64,000 nt of DNA from Armatimonadota bacterium (GTDB lineage: Bacteria; Armatimonadota; Fimbriimonadia; Fimbriimonadales; ATM1): the NCBI GenBank assembly GCA_022567555.1, contig JADFGT010000001.1, positions 5,131-69,130 of the forward strand, given 5' to 3'. Each line of letters starts with the position of its first letter. The first letter of the stretch is position 1. The position numbers and the translations under genes were made by a program. Under the pieces are notes generated by a model. The model did no database searches, was not told the DNA's origin, and saw nothing but the letters and a program-made list of their open reading frames with translations. Below, piece by piece: positions 18,057-27,424 of this stretch.

Positions 18057-18254
18057 TCATTTTGGGAGCGCGATCTTTTCGCCGTGAGACGCAAGCCACT
18101 TGAGGTAGCGCCTAATCTCCCCCGGCGCGCCCTCAACGGCGGCGTCGGCCGACGACCGGTTTATGAACAGCCCCGGCAGTTCGACAACCCATGCCATGCA
18201 GTGGCCGTCTCGGCCGACCTCCAGCGCCAGATTGAACTCGTCATGCTTTGCCAT
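18057..18254 (-). CDS. HicB-like (UPF0150) small protein
   Basis: 65 aa. FNLALEVGRDGHCMAWVVELPGLFINRSSADAAVEGAPGEIRRYLKWLASHGEKIALP matches the HicB N-terminal fold pattern (xVPELPGxxxxGxTxEEAxxxxxEAIxxxLE). Confidence 0.6.
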   Translation of the reverse strand: MAKHDEFNLALEVGRDGHCMAWVVELPGLFINRSSADAAVEGAPGEIRRYLKWLASHGEKIALPK

Positions 18255-18615
18255 TCGCCGCGGGCGCCGGGTGAGCGCCCTGCTTGATTATGTCCGGGTT
18301 AGACCGGCGCGTCGGAGGCTCGGACTGACGCCCTGCCCCGACGGAGGAGGGCGGGACAGAACCGGTATCGGACTGAGGGGTGAGTGGGCGTGGCGGCAGC
18401 CCGGCGGGCCGTGCGGAACTCCGCTGCTGAGGAACCAAGAAATGAATGTCCGAGTAGCAAGGAGGCCCAGCCTAAGCAGACGGCCGCCTGTTTCCGGCGC
18501 CCTACTGGCGCCGCCATTCCTCTCAGGGGGTGCCTGTTCGGCACGGGCAGCTGTAGAAATAGTCGCCGGACCGGCGAATCTGGGATATAATGAGGGCACG
18601 GAAAGGAGGTTTTGG

Positions 18616-19716
18616 ATGCGACGAATCGTTCTCGTATCGGTGATAGGCGTGGCGGCGCTCTCAGTGGACGCTCTCCTGCTTCTCGGCGGGGGCTATTTTG
18701 ACGACTTCAACGACGGCAATGCCGACGGCTGGCTCTCCGACCAGGGGAGTTGGGAGGTGCGCAACTTCGAATACCACGGCACAGGTCGGTGGGTGAATCA
18801 AAGAAACGATAACGTTTCGTGGGTTGAGAAGTTCGACGCTATTGACATGTCCGTCGAGGGGATCATGTACACGGACCCCGGCTTCGACGATGTGAACAAG
18901 ATGCTCGTTCTCAGGTACCTGGACAGAGACAACTTGCTCGTCGTGAACTTCCGGGCCGGGTGGCGAGCAGATGTTGTCATTTCGCAGATGGTGGACGGCC
19001 AGGGCGAACTGATCACGCCGGAGTTCCAATTCCCGATTCCGCAACACGGACAGACGGAACGCAAACATTGCCGTGTTGATCTGATCGGAAAACACGTCAT
19101 CGTATATTTCGAGGGCCGGGTTTACATAGATCAGGAGTTCTCGCAGATCTCAGAGACTCTGTTGGGCAGCGCCGGAGTAAGCACTTTCTCCAGCGCGGGC
19201 GGCGGAGATGAGGAGGTGTTCCTCGACGATTTCCATTGCGGCGTGGCCGGGCTGTACCAGGCCGACCAAGTCCGGCTGATCTTTGCGCACTACGTGTCCG
19301 GCAGCCCGGCGGAGATGCAGCGGAGCGACGACCGTTACTACGTGCTTGGGAGTTGGACCGGCCTCCTGTGGTTCACCCAGCCGCCGCTGCGGTTTGAGAC
19401 GTCGCATTTCGTAGCGCAGGGGCCGCTGTGGGACCTCACGGTAAGAGCCGAAACCCATATGAACACGCCCGGCACTCGGCAGGTGATCAGTTTGCACAAC
19501 TGGAACACCGGCCAGTGGGAGCAGGTCAGCAGTGAGCTGATTAGCGTCACAGACCGCGTTATCCGGCAGCGGATCACAGCTGACCCCGACCGGTTCGTGC
19601 GGCCGATCACGGGTGAAGTGCAGGTCAGGATGGACTACTTCATCGTGGGGTCTCTTTTTCAGTTTCCGTTCAGAGTGTCTGTAGACGAACTTCGCATTCA
19701 CGCCGTCTGCAGGTAG
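18616..19716 (+). CDS. Hypothetical secreted or anchored protein (lectin/LamG-like N-terminal region?)
   Basis: ATG at 18616 is preceded by GAAAGGAGG. Signal anchor MRRIVLVSVIGVAALSVDALLLL, then FDDFNDGNADGWLSDQGSWEV. The ORF track start at 18163 is an unlikely extension. Confidence 0.7.
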   Translation: MRRIVLVSVIGVAALSVDALLLLGGGYFDDFNDGNADGWLSDQGSWEVRNFEYHGTGRWVNQRNDNVSWVEKFDAIDMSVEGIMYTDPGFDDVNKMLVLRYLDRDNLLVVNFRAGWRADVVISQMVDGQGELITPEFQFPIPQHGQTERKHCRVDLIGKHVIVYFEGRVYIDQEFSQISETLLGSAGVSTFSSAGGGDEEVFLDDFHCGVAGLYQADQVRLIFAHYVSGSPAEMQRSDDRYYVLGSWTGLLWFTQPPLRFETSHFVAQGPLWDLTVRAETHMNTPGTRQVISLHNWNTGQWEQVSSELISVTDRVIRQRITADPDRFVRPITGEVQVRMDYFIVGSLFQFPFRVSVDELRIHAVCR

Positions 19717-19888
19717 GGCCGTTGGTTCTCTGTCAGGGCAAGCCGTGCGCCCCTGTCTACGTAAACACCGGAAAGGTGGAGGGCAGGGATTGTGAAACTT
19801 CTCGCCCTGAGATGCAACCGGCCGAGAGGCTTCTCGGGAGAAAATCCCTAGAACCCAGCCCTTCGAGTTAGGCGGGTCTCGAGGGAGG

Positions 19889-20863
<975 letters not shown>

Positions 20864-21010
20864 GGTACTCCTCCGATGTCTGTATGTTCAGCCGGCCGGC
20901 TGTGTTTTTTGACTCGTTAGTCCGACGCGCGAAGGGGTGCAACGGTTACGGTGTGAATCTTAAGGCACAGGACGCGTCGCCGCGCCTGCCGCGGGCGGCT
21001 ATAATCCATC

Positions 21011-22276
21011 ATGGCCGCTCGAAACAACGGAGACGGGCTGGTTGTTGCCCTCGGACTCTCACTCTGGACCCTCCTGGGCCTTCAGGTGCTGATCGGAGTC
21101 CTTCTCTCCACGCAGTACTCCTCAGCGATCGGCGAAGCCCACGGCTCAGTGGCCGCAATCGGCAGAGGCGGGTTCTGGGGCTTCCTTGCGGGATTCCACT
21201 ACTGGGGGAGCGCGGTCACGATACTTCTTGCGGGTCTGAACCTGGCCGTGCTCCTATGGTATGGGAGGAACGGCTGGGATAGCCGTTGGCTTTGGTGGGG
21301 CGCAATCGGAATCGCCGTGATCGCCGTCATGTTCCAGATGACCGGCAACCTGCTCCCGGGCAGCGCGCACGACGTGAGGACCGCTTTCAAGGAGGCATCC
21401 ATTGCATCCGCGGCCCCGGTCATGGGCCGTCAATTATTCGAGGCGACGCTCGGCGGCATCGAGGTCGGCCAGTCCACATTCGACAGGTGGTATTTCGCGC
21501 ACCGCTTTGCGGCGTCCGCGCTGCTCATTCTGCTCGCAATCCCGTGCCTGCGGGCGGCCCTTAGACTCCGGGTGTCGGGGCTGTGGCGATGGGCGCCGGT
21601 CGCTGTGATCGTAGTTGGCGCAGCGCTGGCCGTCGGCTACGGCGCGCCGCACGGGCCGACCGCAGGCGCGGAAGACTTCGCAAGCCAGGCCGTCAAGCCT
21701 ATGTGGTACGTGCTTCCGATGCACGCGCTCTTGAATATCTCTCTCAGTGTCAACCCGTCGCTGAGCTGGGTCGGCGCGATGTTGCTCCCGGCGCTCGGCT
21801 TCGGATCATTCGCCTTGGTTCCGTTGCTCTGGCGAAAGGGATTGCCCGCGGTTTTCGGCCGGCTCGCGCTCTTGGCCGGCACCGCGATGATGGTGTTCGC
21901 GGTCTTGACTTACGGACAGCAGCTGCAGAGTCCGTTTTCGGAGACGGCGATGGCGGAAGGTGATGCCGAGCCGGCCGGAGATTTCGGGCAGATTGACACC
22001 GCTCTGGCCAAAGTGGGGCGTGAGGAGTTCTTGGAAGCCGGTTGCCTTGGGTGCCATAGCGTAGGCGGGGAAGGGTTAGCGGTCACGGGACCCAACCTCG
22101 GACATGTTGGGGACGAGCATCAGGACCCCGATTGGTTTGTTGAAAAACTGAGGGACCCCGCATCCAAAAGCCCGGGCACCACAATGCCCTCATTCGCCGA
22201 TCTGGGCGACGAGAAACTGCGGGCGCTGGCGGAGTACCTGCGGTCGCTGAGAGCATCGGACGAGCCGGCGCCCTGA
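21011..22276 (+). CDS. Cytochrome b-like membrane domain fused to a C-terminal mono-haem cytochrome c
   Basis: The multi-TM N-terminal region has conserved His residues (HYWGSAVTILLAG, FAHRFAASALLIL). C-terminal haem-c site GCLGCHSVGGEG, with a distal TTMPSF. Confidence 0.75.
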   Translation: MAARNNGDGLVVALGLSLWTLLGLQVLIGVLLSTQYSSAIGEAHGSVAAIGRGGFWGFLAGFHYWGSAVTILLAGLNLAVLLWYGRNGWDSRWLWWGAIGIAVIAVMFQMTGNLLPGSAHDVRTAFKEASIASAAPVMGRQLFEATLGGIEVGQSTFDRWYFAHRFAASALLILLAIPCLRAALRLRVSGLWRWAPVAVIVVGAALAVGYGAPHGPTAGAEDFASQAVKPMWYVLPMHALLNISLSVNPSLSWVGAMLLPALGFGSFALVPLLWRKGLPAVFGRLALLAGTAMMVFAVLTYGQQLQSPFSETAMAEGDAEPAGDFGQIDTALAKVGREEFLEAGCLGCHSVGGEGLAVTGPNLGHVGDEHQDPDWFVEKLRDPASKSPGTTMPSFADLGDEKLRALAEYLRSLRASDEPAP

Positions 22277-22327
22277 TTCAGCCCAAATGCAGCCGGATGG
22301 CTGACACGCTGCGCTAAACTTCCGGCG

Positions 22328-24448
22328 ATGATTCGCGTGGGCGTGGATACGGGCGGAACTTTCACAGATTTCGTCGTGGCTGGAGAGGACGGGTTATCGG
22401 TCTTCAAGGTTCCCAGCACGCCTGCGCGACCCGCTCTCGCACTATTGGAGGGTCTCCGCCGAGCCGGACCGCTTTCACGGGAAGACGGTGGCGGGGATGG
22501 GTTCTCCCTTCTCCACGGCACGACCGTGGCCACGAACGCGATTCTCGAACGCAAGCTCGCCAAAACCGCATTCGTCACGAACGAAGGGTTTCGCGACCTT
22601 CTGTTCCTGGGCCGTCAAACGCGCCCGGAAATCTATGACCTGGAGCCCGTTCTCCCCCGGCCTCCGGTGGATCCGGAGGATTGTTTCACGGTGCGGGGAC
22701 GACTGTTGCCGAGCGGCGAGGAGTTGGAACCGCTTTCTAATGAGGGCTTAGAAAAGCTCGCGAGCGAACTGTCGGACTATGAAAGCGTCGCCGTGTGTCT
22801 GCTCTTCGCGTATGCAAACCCGCGCCACGAGCGCCGCGTCGTCGAGGCGCTTTCCAATCCGTTCGTCTGTTGTTCGCACGAAGTGTCGCCTGAGTTCCGC
22901 GAATACGAGCGCGCCTGCGCCACGGTGCTGAACGCGGCGGTCGGGCCGATCATGCGCGGGTATTTGAAAGAGATCGCTGCGGAGAGCGGCGCTTTAGAAA
23001 CGCTCGTAATGTCCAGCGCCGGCGGCCTCACAACTCTGGAGGAGGCGCTGGAACTGCCGATCCGCACGGTAACCAGCGGGCCCGCGGGGGGGGTCGCCGC
23101 GACCCACGACCTGGGCAGGCGCCACGGCCGGGCCCGCCTCATCGCGTTCGACATGGGGGGCACCAGCACCGATGTGTCCCTCATCAGCGGCGTGCCCGCC
23201 TTCACGTCGCTGTCCGATATCGCGGGCCTGCCGGTGCGCGGCCACCGGGTGGACGTCCACACTATCGGCTGCGGGGGGGGCTCGATTGCACATCTGGACG
23301 ACGCGGGGGCGCTGAGGGTCGGGCCGGAGAGCGCGGGCGCCGAGCCGGGACCCGCCGTGTACGGCAAAGGCGGGCCGCTGACCGTGACCGATGCGGACTA
23401 TCTGCTGGGCCGGCTGCCGCTGGAGCGGTTCGGCGGAGGTTCGCCCTTCCGCTTGGACACGGACGCGCTGCGGCGCGTAGTCCCCGCGTTTGCCGGCGCG
23501 CTCGGGCGAAACGAGATCGAGGTCGCCGAAGCGGTCGTGGAGGTCGCCGAGGCGCAGATGGCGCGCGCCATCCGCCGTGTCTCTTCAGAGCGGGGGCTCG
23601 ACCCGGCCGGCTTCGCCCTTGTATGTTACGGCGGAGCGGCAGGGATGCACGCCTGCGCCATCGCGGAGCAACTGGGTATGCGGGAGGTGTTGGTTCCGCC
23701 CGTCCCCGGTGTCTTCTCCGCCATGGGGCTGCTGCTGGCGCCTCGGATCCATGAGGCGTCGGTCACTGTCCTGGGCGCGCACGGTCCGGCGGAGTGGCGC
23801 AAGGTCTTTGCCGAGTTGGAGGAGGAGGCCCGCCGGCGGCTGGGCGTGCCCGCCGACAGGGTCGTGCTCCACGCCGACATGCGCTACAAGGGGCAGTCGC
23901 ATGAGATCTCGGTGCCGCTGAACGCCGCGACAGGCGGCTTAACTCCCTCAACACGCGGCGTGTTGAGGGAGTTGACGCCACTGAACTCCGCTGAAGAATC
24001 CCTCAACAATCTCATTGTTGAGGGTTCTCTAATCGGTTATGAAGAGGCATGTGCTGCGTTCGAGCGGCTGCACCGCGAACGGTACGGGGTGGCCGGGCAC
24101 GGAACCGAGTTTGAATGGACGACTGCCCGCGTGCGCGTGGAGGCCGATGCGCCCGGGACCCTGCCTCGGGGGGGGGCCGGAATGCAACCGTCTTCTCTCC
24201 GGCGCCCGGTAGGCCCGACACTCTTGTCGGGCGATGTGATGCGCGACAGGAGTGTCGCACCTACCGCGCGATTGCGATGGGACGGCCGGTGGGCCGATGC
24301 CGCGCTTCGAGCGCGCGAAGACCTTCGGCCGGGAGAACGCCTCGCCGGGGCGGCCATTGTGGTGCAGGCCGACAGCACGCTCGTCATTCCGCCGGGCTGG
24401 GGCGGGGAAGTGCTGGATGACGGAACGCTTTCCTTGAGTCCGGACTGA
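22328..24448 (+). CDS. Hydantoinase A / oxoprolinase (HyuA) family protein carrying in-frame palindromic insertions
   Basis: N-terminal MIRVGVDTGGTFTDFV, with AFDMGGTSTDV and GGAAGMHA motifs. The 706-aa ORF reads straight through the palindromic DNA elements at 23941-24024 and 24205-24270. Confidence 0.85.
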   Translation: MIRVGVDTGGTFTDFVVAGEDGLSVFKVPSTPARPALALLEGLRRAGPLSREDGGGDGFSLLHGTTVATNAILERKLAKTAFVTNEGFRDLLFLGRQTRPEIYDLEPVLPRPPVDPEDCFTVRGRLLPSGEELEPLSNEGLEKLASELSDYESVAVCLLFAYANPRHERRVVEALSNPFVCCSHEVSPEFREYERACATVLNAAVGPIMRGYLKEIAAESGALETLVMSSAGGLTTLEEALELPIRTVTSGPAGGVAATHDLGRRHGRARLIAFDMGGTSTDVSLISGVPAFTSLSDIAGLPVRGHRVDVHTIGCGGGSIAHLDDAGALRVGPESAGAEPGPAVYGKGGPLTVTDADYLLGRLPLERFGGGSPFRLDTDALRRVVPAFAGALGRNEIEVAEAVVEVAEAQMARAIRRVSSERGLDPAGFALVCYGGAAGMHACAIAEQLGMREVLVPPVPGVFSAMGLLLAPRIHEASVTVLGAHGPAEWRKVFAELEEEARRRLGVPADRVVLHADMRYKGQSHEISVPLNAATGGLTPSTRGVLRELTPLNSAEESLNNLIVEGSLIGYEEACAAFERLHRERYGVAGHGTEFEWTTARVRVEADAPGTLPRGGAGMQPSSLRRPVGPTLLSGDVMRDRSVAPTARLRWDGRWADAALRAREDLRPGERLAGAAIVVQADSTLVIPPGWGGEVLDDGTLSLSPD
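23941..24024. repeat. Pair of perfect hairpins (CCCTCAAC family) inside the hyuA-like CDS
   Basis: Hairpin 1 (23941-23973) is AACTCCCTCAACACGC-G-GCGTGTTGAGGGAGTT, with 16-bp arms. Hairpin 2 (24000-24024) is CCCTCAACAAT-CTC-ATTGTTGAGGG, with 11-bp arms. Confidence 0.9.
24205..24270. repeat. REP/BIME-like double-hairpin element, copy 1, inside the 3' part of the hyuA-like CDS
   Basis: The sequence is CCCGGTAGG-CCCGACA-CTCT-TGTCGGG ... GCGACA-GGAG-TGTCGC-ACCTACCG. Confidence 0.8.
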
Positions 24449-24487
24449 GGCGGCCGCCGAAAGGATGGAAACTCCGGGGTGCATTAG

Positions 24488-24554
24488 ACTCGGTGGGTGC
24501 GACACTCTTGTCGCGCTCCCCGCAGTTGCCGGACAAGAGTGTCGGGCCTACCGG
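24488..24554. repeat. REP/BIME-like double-hairpin element, copy 2, inverted relative to copy 1
   Basis: Its reverse complement aligns with 24205-24270 at roughly 85% identity by eye. It lies just 3' of the hyuA-like stop. Confidence 0.8.
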
Positions 24555-24727
24555 GGTTGATCAGAGCCCCCGGCCGCATCGGAGGATGGCGTGTACTGCC
24601 GGGCGCCGTCCAGCTCGACAGTCAGCGCCTTCCCCTTAGGGGCGGCCTTCCCTGGCCGGCCTCGGACCGGCAGGGGACTCTCGTCAAGCGTCCCCTGCCG
24701 GGCGTCAGTCGGCAGTCGTCAGTCGGA

Positions 24728-24958
24728 GATATGCAGGTGCCGGTCTCCGATATCCCCTTGCAGGTCTCCGACATTCCCTTGCAGGTCTCCGGCATACACT
24801 TGCAGGTCTCCGACATTCCCTTGCAGGTCTCCGATATACACTTGCAGGTCCGAGACCTGCAAGGGAATAATTCAAATATTCCCTTGAAGTGTTAACAGAT
24901 TCCCTTGAATCTCGCCAACATTCCCTTGAATATCGCGAGAATCCCTCTGACTCTCAGA
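24728..24958. repeat. Phased 21-bp tandem array, 11 units, with an internal orientation flip
   Basis: Units GAYATNCCCTTGCAGGTCTCC start at 24728, 24749, 24770, 24791, 24812 and 24833. A perfect palindrome CTTGCAGGTC-CGA-GACCTGCAAG lies at 24841-24863. ATTCCCTTGAA cores then continue at 24879, 24900, 24921 and (degenerate) 24942, all in the same 21-bp register. Confidence 0.9.
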
Positions 24959-24960
24959 GA

Positions 24961-24995
24961 CTACTTGAGGTTTTACGTTCAAAAACCTCAAGTAG
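24961..24995. other. Perfect 14-bp-stem hairpin immediately after the 21-bp array
   Basis: The sequence is CTACTTGAGGTTTT-ACGTTCA-AAAACCTCAAGTAG. Confidence 0.8.
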
Positions 24996-25282
24996 GGGCC
25001 GAATCGGGGCCGTTTCCGGCCAAACGACCGGCCCGGGCCACCCTGGTCATGGCCCTGATCTGCCTCATCCCGTGGACTGAGCGGACCGGCGACGACCTCC
25101 ACGACCTCCGGCCCCTCCTCGTCCCCGGCCTGAAGATCGCGAAGCCGGACAACTCGCCCGGGACCTTGAACGCCCGCCTGGGAGAATCAGCTGCCTCAGT
25201 TGCGAACTGACTCAGCCGGCGGCTGAATGGGTCCCGGTTGCTGAGGCTTGCAGATGCCGCCCCCGAGAAGCCTCGCTCGTAC

Positions 25283-25319
25283 GACCAGCGAGACCGTGGA
25301 CGCGACTGTGGCGGGGTAG
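25283..25319 (+). pseudogene. 3'-terminal remnant of an 11766-type (FN3-tail) gene
   Basis: GACCAGCGAGACCGTGGACGCGACTGTGGCGGGGTAG encodes ..SETVDATVAG*. This matches 12395-12431 (..SETVSATVVG*). The upstream frame is broken by several stops. Further copies lie at 26315-26351 and 27348-27373 (truncated). Confidence 0.5.
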
Positions 25320-25351
25320 AATCGGGGGGTGCTTAGCCGCTACATCTCCGG

Positions 25352-26281
25352 ATGCGGAGGCATGGTAAGAGAGGTCCGCAAGAACAGATGAGACCGAAGC
25401 ATGTTGTAGTCCTTGTGGCCGCAATCGCGGCTATGCCGTTCCTGCAAGGAGGCGGCATCTCCGAGGGTGCTGGGGGCCGACTCAAGATCGCGTTCTACTC
25501 CGACCGCGACAGAAAAAAGGATATATACATCATGAACGCGGACGGTTCTGGACAGGCACGGCTAACGAATACCCCGGATTTCGACGGGGTCCCTGCGTTC
25601 AGTCCTGACGGGTCGAAAATCGCTTTCGTGTCCAACCGCGACGACAACTGGGAGATCTACGTAATGAACGCGGACGGCTCCGGGCAGACGCGGCTGACGC
25701 ATGACTCGGCCTTCGATTTTAATCCCACGGTCAGCCCGGACGGGTCTAAGATCGCGTTTGAGGCCACCCGCGACGGCAACCGGGAGATCTACGTCATGAA
25801 CGCGGACGGCTCTGGGCAGAGCAACCTGACTAATGACGCGGCTTTCGATGGCTACCCTGCGTTCAGCCCGGACGGGTCGAAGATAGCGTTTATGTCTGAC
25901 CGCGACGGCAACGCGCAGATTTACGTGCTGAACGTTAACGGTACAGGAGTGACGCGGCTGACGAATAACACGGCTGACGATTACCAGCCTGCGTTCAGCC
26001 CGGACGGGTCGAAGATCGCGTTTGAGTCCAACCGCGACGGCAACTCGGAGATCTACGTCATGAACGCGGACGGCTCTGGGCAGACGCGGCTGACGGACAA
26101 CTCGGCTGTCGATAACGCCCCTGTGTTCAGCCCGGACGGGTCGAAGATCGCATTTGATTCCACACGCGACGGCAACTCGGAGATCTACATCATGAACGCG
26201 GACGGCACCGGACAGACGCGGCTAACGAATAACGCGGCTTTTGATTCCGGTCCCTCCTTCCCGCTCCGGCAGAAGCGGTAA
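25352..26281 (+). CDS. TolB-like PD40 beta-propeller repeat protein, paralogue 1
   Basis: Six units follow [34 protein letters not shown]. Signal-like [22 protein letters not shown]. The start may be 25388. Confidence 0.85.
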   Translation: MRRHGKRGPQEQMRPKHVVVLVAAIAAMPFLQGGGISEGAGGRLKIAFYSDRDRKKDIYIMNADGSGQARLTNTPDFDGVPAFSPDGSKIAFVSNRDDNWEIYVMNADGSGQTRLTHDSAFDFNPTVSPDGSKIAFEATRDGNREIYVMNADGSGQSNLTNDAAFDGYPAFSPDGSKIAFMSDRDGNAQIYVLNVNGTGVTRLTNNTADDYQPAFSPDGSKIAFESNRDGNSEIYVMNADGSGQTRLTDNSAVDNAPVFSPDGSKIAFDSTRDGNSEIYIMNADGTGQTRLTNNAAFDSGPSFPLRQKR

Positions 26282-26383
26282 GGAGTTCGCCTGCGTCTCG
26301 CTGGCTGTCGGTACGATCAGCGAGACGGTGTGCCCGACTGTGGCGGGGTAGAATCGGGGGGTGCTTAGCCTCCGATTCCGGGG

Positions 26384-27313
26384 ATGCGGAGGCGTGATGA
26401 GAGAGGTTCGCAAGAACAGATGAGACCGAAGCATGTTGTAGTCCTTGTGGCTGCTATCGCGGCCATGCCGTTCCTGCATGGAGGCGGCACCTTTCAGGGT
26501 GAAACGGGCGGAACCAAGATCGCGTTCACGTCCAACCGCGACGGTAACTATGAGATCTACATCATGAACGCGGACGGCTCTGGACAGACGCGGCTGACGA
26601 AAGACGCGGCTGACGATGTCTCGCCTGCATTCAGCCCTGACGGATCGAGGATCGCGTTTATGTCCTTCCGCGACGGCAACTATGAGATCTACGTCATGAA
26701 CGCGGACGGCACAGGGCAGACGAACCTGACGAACAACGCTGCGGACGATCTCTTTCCTGCGTTCAGTCCGGACGGATCGAAGGTCGTGTTTGCGTCCTGG
26801 CGCGACCGCAATTGGGAAGTCTTCGTCATGTCCGCGGACGGCACTGGAGTGACGCGGCTGACCAAAAGCGTAGCCTCGGATGATAAGCCTGCGTTCAGCC
26901 CTGACGGATCGAAGATCGCGTTTCAGTCCACGCGCGACGGCAACGATGAGATCTACATTATGAACGCGGACGGCTCTGGACAGAAGCGGCTGACGAGTAA
27001 CGCGGCTTACGATACCGCGCCTTCATTCAGCCCTGACGGGTCGAAGATCGTGTTTGAGTCCACCCGCGACGGCAACTGGGAGATCTACGTCATGAACGCG
27101 AACGGCACAGGAGTGACGCGACTGACGTATGATGCGGCTACCGATTCCTTACCTGCGTACAGCCCTGAAGGTTCGAATGTCGCGTTCCAGTCCGACCGCG
27201 ACGGCAACTGGGAAATCTACATCATGAACGCGGACGGCACTGGGCAGAAGAATCTGACGAATAACGCGGCTTCCGATGCTGATTCCTCCTTCCCGCTCCG
27301 GCAGAAGCGGTAA
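26384..27313 (+). CDS. TolB-like PD40 beta-propeller repeat protein, paralogue 2
   Basis: It has the same 309-aa architecture, the same leader as paralogue 1, and an identical C-terminus SFPLRQKR. Confidence 0.85.
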   Translation: MRRRDERGSQEQMRPKHVVVLVAAIAAMPFLHGGGTFQGETGGTKIAFTSNRDGNYEIYIMNADGSGQTRLTKDAADDVSPAFSPDGSRIAFMSFRDGNYEIYVMNADGTGQTNLTNNAADDLFPAFSPDGSKVVFASWRDRNWEVFVMSADGTGVTRLTKSVASDDKPAFSPDGSKIAFQSTRDGNDEIYIMNADGSGQKRLTSNAAYDTAPSFSPDGSKIVFESTRDGNWEIYVMNANGTGVTRLTYDAATDSLPAYSPEGSNVAFQSDRDGNWEIYIMNADGTGQKNLTNNAASDADSSFPLRQKR

Positions 27314-27424
27314 GGAGTTCGCCTACGTTTCGATGCCTCGCTCGTACGACCAGCGAGACCGTGAGCGCGACTGTCTACCGTCCGCCAACACGAGAGGCGG
27401 GGTCGGGGGATGAAGCCGGTTTCT

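Larger units (their letters stand above)
25270..27373 (+). repeat. Tandem duplication with a 1032-bp unit, 2 full copies plus a roughly 40-bp third start
   Basis: The gene starts at 25352 and 26384 are exactly 1032 bp apart. The leader GAATCGGGGGGTGCTTAGCC...CAAGAACAGATGAGACCGAAGCATGTTGTAGTCCTTGTGGC is repeated. The junction motif GCCTCGCTCGTACGACCAGCGAGACCGTG recurs at 25270 and 27334. Confidence 0.85.

Noticed and set aside
17526-18254. Genome-wide UGA reassignment (Trp or Gly) to explain three in-frame TGAs
   Set aside because: Many well-supported genes in the window terminate at TGA with proper lengths and coupled downstream starts. Examples are the ABC ATPase at 1310-1312 and the mraY/murD GTGA junction at 38420-38423. 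TGA is therefore a normal stop here.
18057-18600. HicA-HicB toxin-antitoxin pair
   Set aside because: No HicA-like ORF exists upstream or downstream of the HicB-like gene. The minus-strand ORFs at 18241-18599 are Arg/Pro-rich shadow ORFs.
24012-24895. ORFs 24012-24260(-) and 24497-24895(+), both starting MRHSCRA, as paralogous genes
   Set aside because: Their shared N-termini are a by-product of the inverted REP-like elements. The rest is repeat-derived (VSDIPLQ heptads from the 21-bp array) or antisense to hyuA.
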